A stretch of 62,400 nt of DNA from Nemertoderma westbladi. Taxonomy: Eukaryota > Animalia > Xenacoelomorpha. The position numbers and the translations under genes were made by a program. The notes beneath the pieces were generated by a model, which saw only the letters and a program-made list of their open reading frames with translations, did no database searches and had not been told where the DNA came from. This document shows, in pieces, positions 11,990 to 24,300 of the stretch; position 1 is the first letter of the stretch; each line of letters opens with the position of its first letter. The DNA lies in the NCBI GenBank assembly GCA_032718475.1, contig JAUCBJ010003718.1, forward strand, positions 1 to 62,400. The letters are read 5' to 3'.

Positions 11990-13490
11990 TCCAGGTGTCG
12001 GTTATTCCGTCCCAACCAGTACGGATGTTGATTATCCCGTCCCTACCAGACCGGGTGTCGGTCATTCTGCCCCTACCAGTCCGGGTGTCGGTCATTCTGC
12101 CCCTACCAGTCCAGGAGTCGGTCATTCTGCCCCTACCAGTCCGGGTGTCGGTCATTCTGCCCCTGCCAGTCCGGGTGTCAGTCATTCTGCCCCTACCTGT
12201 CTGGGTGTCGGTCATTCTGCCCCTACCAGTACAGGTGTCGGTCATTCTGCCCCTACCAGTCCGGGTGTCCGTTATTCCGTTCCAACCAGTCCAGGTGTCG
12301 GTCAGTCGGTCCCTATCAGTCAGGTTGTTGGTCTTTCTGCCCCTACCAGTCCAAGTGTCGGTTATTCCGTCCCAACCAGTCTAGGTGTTGGTCAGTCGGT
12401 CCCCATCAGTCCGGGTGTTGGTCATTCCGTCCCGACCAGTTCGGGAGTCGATTATCCTGTCGCTACCAGTCCGGGTGTCGATTATCCCGTCCCTACCAGT
12501 CTGGGTGTCGGTCATTCTGACCCAACCAGTCCGGGTGTCGGTTATTCCGTCCCAACCAGTCCGGGTGTCGATTATCCCGTCCCTACCAGTCCGGGTGTCG
12601 ATTATCCCGTCCTTACCAGTCCGGGTGTCGGTCAGTCGGTCCCTATCAGCCAGGTTGTTGGTCTTTCTGCCCCTACCAGTCCAGGAGTCGGTCATTCTGC
12701 CCAAACCAGTCCGGGTGGCGGTTATTCTGCCCCTACCAGTCTGGGTGTCGGTTATTCCGTCCCAACCAGCCCAGGTGTTGGTCAGTCGGTCCCTATCAGC
12801 CAGGTTGTTGGTCTTTCTGCCCCTACCAATCCGGGTGTCGTTTATTCAGTCCCAACCAGTCCGGGTATAAGTCAGTATGTCGGTCAGTCTGCCCCTACCA
12901 GTCCGGGTGTCGGTTATTACGTCCCTACCAGTCCAGGTGTCGGTCAGTCGGTCCCAGTCGTCCCTATCAGTCCGGTTGTCGGTCTTTCTGCCCCTACCAG
13001 TCCGGGTGTCGGTTATTCCGTCCCTACCAGTCCGGGTGTCGGTTATGCCGTCCCTACCAGTCCAGGTCTCGCTCAGTCGGTCCCAGTCATCCCTATCAGT
13101 CCGGTTGTCGGTCTTTCTGCCCTTACCAGTCCGGATGTCGGTTATTCCATCCGAACCAGCCCAGGTGTTGGTCACTCCGTCCCTACCAGTCCGGGTGTCA
13201 GTCAGTATGTCGGTCATTCCGTCCCTACCAGTCCAGGTCTCAGTCTTTCCGTCCCTATCAGTCCAGGTGTCGGTCATTCCGCCCCAACCAGTCCAGGTGT
13301 CGGTCAGTCAGCCCCTCACAGTCTGGGTGTTGGTCACTCCCTTCCTACCAGTGCGGGTGTCAGTCATTCCGCCTCTACCAGCCTTGGTGTCGATCATTCC
13401 ATCCCCAACCCTCTGGGTGTCGGTTGTTCCGCCCCTTCTAGTCTGGACATCGGTTTGTCAGCTCCCACCAGTATCGGTGTCGGTCCAACG
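11990..13490 (+). repeat. Coding 30-bp tandem repeat (~50 x (Y/H)S(V/A)PTSPGVG) in the CRE ORF
   Basis: Unit GTCATTCTGCCCCTACCAGTCCGGGTGTCG; frame is kept throughout. Confidence 0.9.
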
Positions 13491-13719
13491 GTACGCACCA
13501 GCGCCCTCAGTACCCATTGTCCATCGTGCGCGCGGTTAGTGGCCATCAAAGCAAATGGTACTCTACGCATTCACGGACCAGTCTCCCAACGTTGCCCAGG
13601 GTCAGATCACCCTCCAGGAATGACAACTGGTCCCCCAACCCATTTGGGAAGCCAATCATCTGGTGAGACAGTGGAGCCATCAGACAGGGATATTATTAAT
13701 CAGTTACAGGGATGTTACA

Positions 13720-14120
13720 TCTCCGGGACGCCACCCACCGTTGCCACCGTCTCCGGGACGCCACCCACCAGCGCCGCCGTCTCCGTGACGCCACCCACCA
13801 TCACCACCGTCTTGGGGCCGCCACCCACCAGCGCCACCGTCTCTGTGACGCCACACACCATCGCCACTGTCCTGGGGGCGCCACCCACCGCCGCCACCGT
13901 CTTGGGGTCGCCACACATCAGCGCCACCGTCTCTGTGACGCCACCCATCAGCGCCACCATCTCTGAGATGCCACCTATCAGCGCCACCGTCTGCGGGACG
14001 CCACCAATCATCGCCAACGTATCTGGGACGCCACCCATCATTGCCACCATCTCCGGGACGCCACCAATCAGCGCCACCGTCTCTGGGACGCCACCCATCA
14101 TCGCCACCGCGTCTGGGGTG
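13720..14120 (+). repeat. Second coding 30-bp repeat (GTPPISATVS-like, ~13 units) in the CRE ORF
   Basis: Unit like CCACCCATCAGCGCCACCGTCTCTGGGACG. Confidence 0.85.
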
Positions 14121-17100
14121 CAGCCCACTAAGCCAAAAACAACACAAAGTCGCCCAAAAGTGTCAGGTGTTGGTTCAACGCTTCTGCCAAACAGAAATAG
14201 GGCCAATGTTAGCGACATTCTTGACGAGTACTGGCAAGCGGGCCACCCATCAGGTCCGCTACACAGCGTGGACACCGACGGTCTAATGGAGAGAGCCTTT
14301 GGCGCACCGCTGCGGGAGAAGGGAGACCCACCGGACCTTATATTACACCAGTGGCGTAGAGTCACCCAGCTCCAGGGCTCTCGCTACAGACTCCCGGGTG
14401 GCTCTGTTGGTAGGGACGTGGTATCCTTGCTCGACAATGAGGCTAAGGCATTAGTAGCTGGACTTGGTCGTGGTGAATCATCAGCTCGTTCCGAACGTTT
14501 AATGCTGGTCGACGCGTTGATCACACATCGAGATCCAAAGATCGTTAAGGCGGCCGATATCCGCCGCCTAATCAGCCGCAGGGTGGCGTTGTGGCGCTCC
14601 GGCGAGATCGAAGCCCTCTTACAAGAGGCTGAGCGAGGCTCCCCTGGGCGCACTACAGGAAGGCGTGCAGGAACCCAACCCCCCAATTCGGATAAAGAAC
14701 ACACAGTCCGTGTGTTTACGAGACTAATGTTGGAGGGGAAGGTAAGAAACGCAGTCCGCTGGGTGACCGGTCGGGAGTCCGGAGGCGTGTTGGACCCAGA
14801 GTCCGATATCGAAGTTGGTCAGCAAAGAGTCAAAGTACTCGATGTTCTTCGGAATAAACACCCGGCTGCAGCGCCTCCCAATAGAGAATCATTAATACAG
14901 TGCTGCGAGCCGCCTCTCAAGGTCGACGTCGACGTGACGGCGGCGCACATCGAGGAGGTGGCCCGGCGCCTGCACGGTGGTGGCGGTCCCGCGGGTTGCG
15001 ACTCCACACGCTGGCGGGATTATCTGCTCCGCTATGGCGCCCATAGTGAGCGCCTCCGAGACACAGTTGCTGCAATCACCCGGACTCTAGCGAATGTAGT
15101 TGTACCGTGGGAGTCTGTCCGGGCACTTATGTCTGGCCGACTGATCGCGCTGGATAAGTGTCCGGGTGTGCGGCCCATCGGAATCGGGGAGTGTCTCCGG
15201 CGTATAATGGCCCGCGCAATGGCCGCGATCACAGGGGATGACGTCACCATCACGTGTGGCAGCGAACAGCTGTCGGCGGGGACCTCCGCAGGAGTCGAGG
15301 CTGCGATACACTCGATGTCGTCGCTGTTCGAGGATAACAGTGACTCGGGTTGGGGGGTGCTACTGGTGGACGCGGCCAACGCGTTCAACTCGCTCAACCG
15401 GGTAGCTGCGTTGTGGAACGCGCGCTGCCTGTGGCCTCGATGCTCTACATTCCTGTTTAACAGTTATCGGGGCCACAGTATACTTGTCATGAAGGGGACT
15501 GATGCAATTATATTTAGCGCGGAGGGCGTTACCTAGGGCGACCCCCTTGCAATGCTGCTGTACGCCATCGGAGCCCTCCCGTTGATCCGGAGTTTACGGT
15601 CCCCTACAGTCCGGGAGAGTTGGTACGCCGATGATTCTGGCGGGGCGGGTGAACTCCCAGACTTACTGCGGTGGTTTGAGAAGCTGCTCAAACTCGGCCC
15701 AGCTTTTGGTTACTTTCCCGAGACGTCCAAATGCTACCTCGTAGTCGACCCCGAGTACGAGGACGAGGCTCGCAGAGTCTTCAGTGGCCACCAGATAAAG
15801 ATTGTAACGGGACACCGGTTTCTCGGGGGGTTTCTCGGGAGTTCGGGAGAACGACGCCAGTATGTGCGGGCGAAGGTGGCTGCGTGGGTAGAGGCGACGG
15901 ACGCACTGGCGACGATGGCTGAATCCCAACCACAGGCGGCCTTCTCCGCCATGGTCTGCTCGTTGCAGCGTGAGTGGGCGTATCTCCAGAGGGTCACCGT
16001 CGACTGCGAAGAGGAGTACGCCATTCTAGAGACAGCCATCGCCCAAAGATTCCTTCCTGCAGTGATCGGAGGAACCATAACTCCGACAGAACGAAAACTG
16101 TTTAGTTTGTCCCCACAACGAGGAGGTCTAGGACTGCGAAATCCGGTAGCCGAGGCAAAACCGTCATACCTCGTATCCTTGCACGGGACCCGGTTCCTGA
16201 GTGGTGCGATGGCCGGCACCGAGGAATTCGACCTCCCAACCCACCGGGACTGCTTGGCGAAGGCGAGGAAGGTCGACCGAGACGACCGGAAACTGACCGA
16301 GATCTCAGAGTTCGAGGAGGCACTGGGGGCGATGACCGAACGCCGCTGCCGCACTATCCGCCGAGCGGCGGAGTACAAAACCGGTAGCTGGATCTCGTCG
16401 ATTCCCCGGGCGGACCTCCAGTACGATCTATCCCCACGTGAGTTTCGTGATGCGATCGCCGTGCGATACGGAAGTCCCCTCCTTGGAGTACACAGCCGGT
16501 GCGACGGATGCGGGGCTGCCTTCGACCTGAACCATGGGTTGAACTGTAAGAAGGGCGGCCTTGTCATCCAGCGCCACAATGAGCTGAGAGACACTGTGGG
16601 CGACCTCGCGGCATTGGCGTTTGGGCCGCGCAATGTAATGCTGGAGCCAGTAGTAAGGGAGCAGTTGGAGGAAGGTGACGGGACAGGGCTGCGGTGCGAT
16701 GTAGGTATTAGGGGCGCGTTTAACGTGCAGACTCAGGCGTTGATCGATATCAGGTCAACCAACCTTGACGCCGAGTCGTACGTTAACCGCGCTCCTATGA
16801 CCGTTCTCGAGGCGGCGGAGGACGAGAAGAAGCGGCTATACGCGGCTGCTGTAGCAGCTCGTCGCGGCGATTTCTCTCCCTTCGTGGCTTCGTGCGACGG
16901 AGTGTTGGCACCGCAGGCCAATAGACTGCTCAGAGTCATAGCCACCAGACTCCATGCATCCTGGGGGAAACCCTACTGCCCTACGCGACAGTCATGGGAT
17001 GGGTCCGGACGCGAATATTATTCGCCATCGTCCGTGGCACATCCCACTGTCTACGCGGATCCCGCATGCGGTGGCGCAGTGGCCTGGGGCTAGAGGACGG

Positions 17101-17330
17101 TGCTGGTCACCCCTCCATGGCGGATTAGAACAGTAGTACAGCAGCAAGTACTGAAGTAGCAAGTATGTAGGCCAGTTAGGCTAGGCAATAACAATTATTA
17201 ATCACATGTAAATACGTTTTGAATTTCCCTCCAATATTTGTATCACTTGTTATTATTTAAACTGTAATTGCAATTGGTGATGGGTTTCACCCTATATGGG
17301 ACAAAAACAACCTATTTGGGACAAATTTAA

Positions 17331-17660
17331 AGTGAAAGGTTATATCATCTTGAGAATCAATTGTCCCGACTGTATCAAATATCATTATGTGGTTAGAATC
17401 AGAACCAAATGCGGCCAGTGACACAGCGCACGATACAGGCAATTACCATCTCCAGTGACATACTGTATAACGGAGAACAGTCTTTTAAAATCCCTGAATC
17501 GAATTCCTTCAGTAACTTTGCGGCAGACTGATCTATCGGACTGATCTTGGTCGGAATCTTAACAGGCGGACATTTTTATGTCGTAAGTGTGCAACAGTAA
17601 ATCTTCATTATTAACAGCTGTGAATAATTTCTCTTCCTTTGTCATCGAAACGTTATCGTT
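17331..17660 (-). pseudogene. OTU/vertnin-like protease remnant, upstream part of the element interrupted by CRE
   Basis: Minus-strand translation includes VTGDGNCLYRAL (OTU catalytic Cys motif), with frameshifts; contiguous with 11048-11374 once the CRE is removed. Confidence 0.55.
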
Positions 17661-17883
17661 GATGCTAAAAAATAATAAAAAAAGTCATTTTAAAATCATG
17701 AATCATGAAATAAATAATTATTATATTAAATAATTATAAATTATTGTGGAAAGATTGGTGGTTGGGAATGTAGAAATATGGGATTTTAGGTGGGAACATT
17801 GGAACTTAGGGGTACGTACTGTCAGAATTACTATTGGGAGCCCAAAGGCTCCTCTGCTCATTGGAGCAGGTTGCTTCTACTGT

Positions 17884-18060
17884 AGTGTTGGTCTTTTTAT
17901 TAACTCCAAAAAGACAAAAATTATGACAGGCAGTCAGTCAGACACATAAGGGGAAGGCATGGGCAGCGTTAAATAGTCTGTCCAAGATTTGGAAGTCCCA
18001 CGGAACCTTAATGTTCGATTATTTAGGACAGCAGTAGAACCAGTACTCTTATATGGGAGT
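17884..18060 (+). pseudogene. RTE-type LINE RT C-terminal fragment
   Basis: Broken translation VGLFINSKKTKIM / KAWAALNSLSKIWKS / VRLFRTAVEPVLLYGS. Confidence 0.65.
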
Positions 18061-19745
18061 CCATACTGCGGGCTCTACGTTAGGGCACAAGTGATAGAAT
18101 AATAGATATGATAGAATAAATAATAGAATGAGGGCCGAAATAAATATTTATTAGATGGGAAAACAACTTTTTTTTCATTATTCTCAAGGCATTTTATTTA
18201 CCGAGCGTTAGCGAGGTTAATAAAGGGTCGAGAAAATATTGAAAAAAAAATTTCTACGTTTTTGTCCATGTATTATGTAATTTTATTCTTAAATTTGTAC
18301 TTTTTTGTTGCTCAATTCTTTAATAAAACAGAGCGATACCGGTATACAGTACATTAGTGTTACAAAATATGTTACACTGTAGTATTTTACGATACTGCTT
18401 CCATAGTTACTGCGATTCCAATTATTGTACTCTTCAACTCTTGATGCTCCCTTACTCAATGTTAAATAATTTAGTGTTCTCGTGTATTTATTACGTTACT
18501 AGAGAGCCGCTTAACTACATAAACCAATATTGGATATTGTGTTCCATTTAGGGGTACGCCTTGCAGTTACAAAAGTTGCAATAACTTTTGAGTGTGTGAA
18601 TGGATTTTGCTCAAATTACTTGCAAACCTTTATTTACAATCGATGCTCCTTGAACACATATAATAAATTTAAGATATTCCTCCAAAAATATTTTATTTTA
18701 CTTTTTTCGCCGGGAAAAAAGTAAAATCAATATGGGTAACCTTTTTCCCTAGGGAAAAAAGTGAATCCTTTTCTCCCGAATTTGGGGTATATTCGAGCGA
18801 AAAAGGAACAATTTAAGAATAAAAGCTTTAATGTGCTAATTATGGCGAATCTAATTTTATTTATTTGTGGGGAATTATTTGTAGTTATATAGTTTACCTG
18901 TTTAGTTATATTGTACCGTTCTAATGCCCTTTGGAAGTCGCAAGTCCCGTCTTCTTTAAAACAACATCGAGTGCACCAAAACAGATTTCATCCAATATAC
19001 AGTATTCTACGCTGGGCTGCTCTGCTATGCTGGCGGGATTATAGAAATCCTATTAATAGTGCTCCTGGCCATATTCTCAATTAGGCCGGGTATAACTTTT
19101 CGCCGTATCCGTATTCGTATGTACATACGCGTATGTAATGGATTCCTATGGAGAATAATCCGTATGTGATTTTAGAGATGAGGCATTGCGGACCAGTAAG
19201 AAGTGCACAGCACACATACAGACTGAAGACAGGTAGGCCTACTTATAGCTAAGTGATTTAAAGAGTGTGGCTGCCGCTACCTATGTCAAATAAACAATGC
19301 AGGACAGGTCCAGGATGGGCTGATGGGTGACAGCCGGCAGGCCGGTGTCCGCCAGCCCCGGGATGCGCCAGCAGTGCACAGCTGCACAGTGCAGTAGGCC
19401 TACCTATTAACCAGTTAACTCTTCTTGACGCCGCTTGCAGCTTGGAAAACTAACCAACCGTGATTTATTTTTGAACTGTTTTTCCACCAACCTGGCTATA
19501 GAATGTTGTTGGTCGCTACAGTACTGCAGTATGAGTATATGGCACTAACATATAGTATAGACTGATATACTGATATAAGCAGCAATGAGAATGCTAAGGC
19601 ATTGTAAGGCAGTAAGGGAATAAACATTCGCACAGATATTGAAAACCGTCGTGCCAGTCTGTCCTTCTTTGTGAATTTATTAACATATAATATATACGGT
19701 ACCTTTACTTTCGCTGTTTCGGGGCCAGTATTTAGTTAACCATAC

Positions 19746-20308
19746 TGTGACGGGATCCGAGAGGATCCCGGTTTATCCGGTGTCGTTTCGTACGCGTCAG
19801 CCGCACCGTGTGATGGAAAAGGAGTTTGTGTTGTTGTTGTCCGATGTTGTTGTTAATGATATATAAAACATGGGTGATAGCATGCAGATGCAATAGTAAA
19901 TAGCACTGATGACTGAACAAACCGGTAATATGGTGACGGCGGTGACGGTCTCAACTGTCACCGTACTGCCTGACTGTACTAGGATAACTACTGAGTAAAC
20001 TGGATGAATGATTACCGTACTAATAATATATACTGCACGGTTGGCCATTGTTACGCTACCTAGTCGGTGCCTTCCCCCCATTGGTTAATATCCTACTTGT
20101 CACCCTTTGCCCCCCTCTGAAGTGCTTCCCTTCGCCCTTGCTATTCTCTCTCTGTCAGGGATGTAACCCCTGACCCCTATTGTGCGTATGTTTCTCCTTC
20201 CCACTTTGTTGGGGTGACACGAGGTTGATATTGGTAATCAACCTCGTGCTCCCAATATTGCTTAACGGCTTACTTTGTGGGGTGTTAGCGGAATTGAATA
20301 AGCTAACA
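19746..20308 (-). repeat. 3' LTR
   Basis: Differs from 45957-46519 at 3 positions by manual alignment. Confidence 0.95.
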
Positions 20309-20317
20309 CTCCCCCCC
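20309..20317 (-). promoter_or_regulatory. Polypurine tract GGGGGGGAG
   Basis: Purine run directly abutting the TGT start of the 3' LTR on the minus strand. Confidence 0.8.
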
Positions 20318-20699
20318 ATGCTATCTTCCCGGTGAGAAGATAGCATCCTCCTCAAGTGCGCTACAATTCCGCTGGATCCCGATCTAGTATCGGGTGTGGG
20401 GTGGAATTATTTTCTTGGAGTCGGCTTTCCAGGCCGCTCCCTATGGGTATGATGTCACTACCCTCTGGCGTCTCGTGTCGGGCCGATCGTGCGCTTCTCT
20501 CACACAATTTTTGTTTCCCCGACAGTCTCACCGCTCTCACCCTGACTCTCGCATACTCCCGGACCTCCTCGTCCCACACTCTTCCTTTCACTTCTCCCCC
20601 CCCCCACACTTGAATTGCGCCCACGCTCTCTTCGCACTCAGCACTATCACCTCTCTACTCTCTGTCACCCCCTAAGGCCCTAATTTCTAATGCTACCCC

Positions 20700-21691
20700 T
20701 GTTGTGCTATCATACTATCTACCTACTACTTACTTGCTAACTCTCTTACTATCTACTAACTCTCCGACTCTAACTAGCTCTACTATGTCTAACTAACTCC
20801 TACTAACTCTCTACTTCTACTAACTCTCTCTAACTCTTACCAACTCTTCTAGCCCTTTAACTAGAACTCTCTAACTCTACCCACTCTTCTAACTACGTGG
20901 TGCTTGCGGTGCCCACAACCACTCTACTATCTGGCACCCTATGTGCCCTCTCTACTACCTGGCACCCTATGTGCCCTCTCTACTACTCTACTACCTCTCT
21001 AACTCTACTACCTGGCACCCTATGTGCCCTCTCTACTATTCTACTACTTCTAACTCTCGAACTCTACTACCTGGCACCCTATGTGCCCGTCTCTACTACT
21101 CTACTACCTCTAGCTCTCTAACTCTACTACCTGGCACCCTATGTGCCCTCTCTACTACTCTACTCTATCTGCATCCTACTCCCTTTCGTCTACTCGACTG
21201 CACGTGACGCTCTGAGTGCCGGCAGAGTGGGTACGTTAATTATGTGAACTACTACTAACTCTTACTAACTCTACTAACTCTCTACTAACTCAACTGACTC
21301 TACTACTAACTCTTACTAACTCAACTAACTCTACTACTTACTTCTTGTGCCTGGCACCTCTTGTGTCCGGCACCCACCCTAATTAACATACCCTGCTCTT
21401 ACATCAAACACGTCATCACGCCCGTGCCCCACTTAATTCAAGGCATCCCCTACGAACCCTAACTACGTGGCGCTTGCGGTGCCCATAACCACTCTGCTTA
21501 CTACTTCCTACGTGGCGCTTACGGTGCCCACTACCACTCTAACTACTACTTTCTACGTGGCGCTTACGGTGCCCACAACCCTCTACTGCTCTACTAACTT
21601 CTAACTAACGGTACTACGTACCCTCTTACTAACTATACCTCTAACACTCCTAACTAACGATACTACGTACCCTCTTACTAACTCCTCTAAC
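20700..21691. repeat. Low-complexity CTA/CTCT-rich repeats inside the LTR element; the last ~100 bp belong to the array that resumes at 39599
   Basis: Repeated CTACTACCTGGCACCCTATGTGCCCTCT and CTACGTGGCGCTTACGGTGCCCA blocks. Confidence 0.8.
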
Positions 21692-22009
21692 AGTAGTATA
21701 AGAAGCTATGACGCTGCATCATGGTCACCCGTAGCCATCATTACCATCCATTTCTAGTACTGCATCCAATCAGAAGCCACCATTTCAACCTTTGCTGTGG
21801 TCGTTATTATTTCAACCAATCAGATGTCAGCATTTCATCCATAACCATGGTAACTTCTCAAGTTCCCGCTTATTCCGCTAGAGGCGTTATTAGTCACCCA
21901 ACGCGAGTACTGCATCCAATCACCAACCTTTATTTTACAGGTGTTCGGGTGTCTACACTTAGCATCAGGTAACTTCTACTATTTTTCAAATCGCAATTTT
22001 TCACCAACC
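21692..22009 (+). repeat. Polinton left TIR
   Basis: Reverse complement of 39279-39598 with 4 substitutions and 2 single-base indels; several CCAATC boxes. Confidence 0.95.
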
Positions 22010-22554
22010 TTTATTTTACAGATGCTAGGAGTGTCTACAGGTAACGTCTACTATTTTTCAAATCGCTATTTTTCACCAGTAACTAAATTTAATTTTGCAA
22101 TTTTTCAGATAACAAAATATTCAACAGGGTTCGAACCCGGGACCGATATAACTCCTCACAACTCACCAATCACTCTTCCATCCAACCTCGAGAGAAAAAG
22201 GCGATAAATATCTGAGTTATACCATAGTCATTGAATTCTTCATCTTCATCACTGGTAGCAGATGTTTATAAATAGCTTCTAGTTCCTTAACATAATTACT
22301 ATAGCATAGAATACATTAATTCGACTATTAATAATAATCGATTTCTTTTATCGATGTGACTGGTCGGTCAACTAAGTTAAAATATAAGTTAGAATGACAG
22401 GGCTAGCATTGATCACGTTGCATCTGTTACATGTTACTGCTATTTCACTCTCTAACTCACGCTAATGTAATAAATTTAGCTGTACACGTTGCATCTGTTA
22501 CACGAAGCTACTATATTCCTCACTGTAAGTCACTCTGTTGTATTAAAGCAACCA

Positions 22555-22587
22555 TATAAACAGAAGTTTTACATTCTAATAATCATT
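22555..22587 (+). promoter_or_regulatory. TATA box plus initiator (TATAAA..TCATT) for the leftmost Polinton gene
   Basis: TATAAA 22555-22560; A of TCATT at 22585, 30 nt downstream. Confidence 0.55.
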
Positions 22588-22627
22588 TATTTAGTTTTTA
22601 TTTTTCAAAATAGTTTTCATTCTAATT

Positions 22628-23672
22628 ATGGATTTATTTAAAAAAACTTCAAGCAATACTTGGAAATTTACATGTAATAAATATACCTGTAGTATTGTTT
22701 ATGGCAAGTACTTTATATTACACTCAAGCGATAGCAATGTAACAACATGCTTCTCTTACCAGGATACACTCTACCTTCTAGACGTCTTAGAAATATTAAT
22801 CAACCGACAAAAGGAATCACCAGTTTCAAGAGGTAATATTTATCCTAATATAGAATTTACAAGAGGAAAGTTAAATATTTCCACCTGTGTTATTACTGAA
22901 AACGTATATATTCAGAAGCAAGGCAAATGTCAAATTCTAAACAAATCACTCATTAATTTATTGCTTCAGAGTAAGACAGAAATATTAGAATTGTTATCAC
23001 CACCACTCGAAATAATAAATCAGTGTTCTGTTGTTAATTTAACCAACCCATCTTTGTTGGTTTTGTAAGCAAATATAAAGGAACGACTTATATGGGACTA
23101 TGGGAGATTTCAGCTAGATATTCTGATGCTATTGGTCTTAGGTATTATAATGGGTTTAACTTAACAGCATTGGAAGTAAATTCATTGTGGTATGAATGGA
23201 ATTATGAAATTAGTAACGAAGGTGTCTTTTCAGAGCTAGATACGAGCGATAAAGCTTTATCTGACCGACTTAAAGTAAAAATAAATGTACAAGAAAAAAA
23301 AAAGTAATTATTACAGACAAGGAAAGCAAATATTTACAGTTACATTACGATAAAGACATACCACATATAGAGTTTCTCTACGATATGATGTTAAAGGTTT
23401 CATCAACTGATATAGCAGACAGTTTCGCGATTCTATATCAACCAACTTGGAAGTTTAAGGTTAATAAGTCATTTCCAGAAGTAGTTTCATCCATATTTAA
23501 TCCAAAGACATACATCGAAGAGACATTGAGTGATAGGAAGCGCAGATCTACATCTCAAACATCTTCCATTCCCAACAATGATTCTATACCTACAAAGAAA
23601 ATAAAAGTTACAAAAGCAAGTGAAGAGGTAGCAGATTACAATACGGAACATATAAAAACAGTATCAGATTGA
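22628..23672 (+). pseudogene. Polinton accessory gene (~345 aa) broken by two frameshifts; middle part PC4-like
   Basis: ORFs 22628-23068, 23092-23307 and 23385-23672 join through open overlapping frames near 23040 and at the A-run near 23300; segment IFVGFVSKYKGTTYMGLWEI..GFNLTALEVNSL resembles the PC4 ssDNA-binding fold. Confidence 0.5.
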
Positions 23673-24073
23673 TTTATTATTAACTAGAGACTTTTCTTTT
23701 TCAGTTTCACACTGACTTGTAAAGGTAACTTTTTATCACAAAGCGTGATTATTATAAAGTATTTGCATGTAAAGGTGACTTTATTGAGTAAATATTGGTG
23801 ATAGTTTATATTTAATGTGAGCATGGGATTAGGTATAAAACATTCGCATGTAAATGCATGAGTTTACACCACCATAATAAAACATTAGCATGTAAAACCT
23901 ACTTTATCAATGAAAATTAAAAACGCATTATGCACATCTTGGTTTAGACTTGATTTTATTATAAAGAATTCAGTTGTAAAAGCAACTTTATTTATGATAT
24001 TAGTTTCCAATGTAACTGTTATTTATGATTGGTTGGTATAAGTAGAAACTTGAAATATATATATATATATATA

Positions 24074-24107
24074 TATAAAGAGCTCAACTGATTCAATCGA
24101 GCTCATT
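24074..24107 (+). promoter_or_regulatory. TATA box plus initiator upstream of pPolB
   Basis: TATAAA 24074-24079; A of TCATT at 24105, 31 nt downstream. Confidence 0.55.
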
Positions 24108-24300
24108 CTGAAAATATTAAATTAATTAAAGTTTAGATATTATATTTTATTTGTGTTGAGTAGCTTATGAATTTTTTTTGATTATATATATAACAATATT
24201 CATATTAATTTTAAATTGTTTTTAGGATAATAAAGAGATGGATAAACAATTGAAATGTCCATTTTGTCCTCTTCAAATTTAACAAAATTATTTAACACAC

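Larger units (their letters stand above)
11547..17128 (+). pseudogene. CRE polyprotein: CXC-like Cys cluster, repeat domain, Zn finger, RT, CCHC and RLE; one nonsense codon and one frameshift
   Basis: RT motifs VRPIGIGE, DAANAFNSLNR, GVT*GDP (TAG 15534-15536 in place of Q), YADD; C-terminal CDGC..HGLNC..RHNELRD and RCD..IDIR. An 8-bp insertion (CCCTAC-TG-CCCTAC, 16971-16984) shifts away the typical end PYATVMGWVRTRILFAIVRGTSHCLRGSR..EDGAG, which stops at 17128. Confidence 0.9.
11375..17330 (+). mobile_element. Full-length CRE-clade (RT + restriction-like endonuclease) non-LTR retrotransposon
   Basis: Exact 18-bp TSD AGTGAAAGGTTATATCAT at 11357-11374 and 17331-17348; GC-rich single-ORF organisation. 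Confidence 0.9.

Noticed and set aside
19732-20355. ORFs duplicated at 45928-46292, and the MFGCLHLASG ORFs at 21941, 39063 and 60520
   Set aside because: Duplicated only because they lie in LTRs or TIRs; no coding signal.
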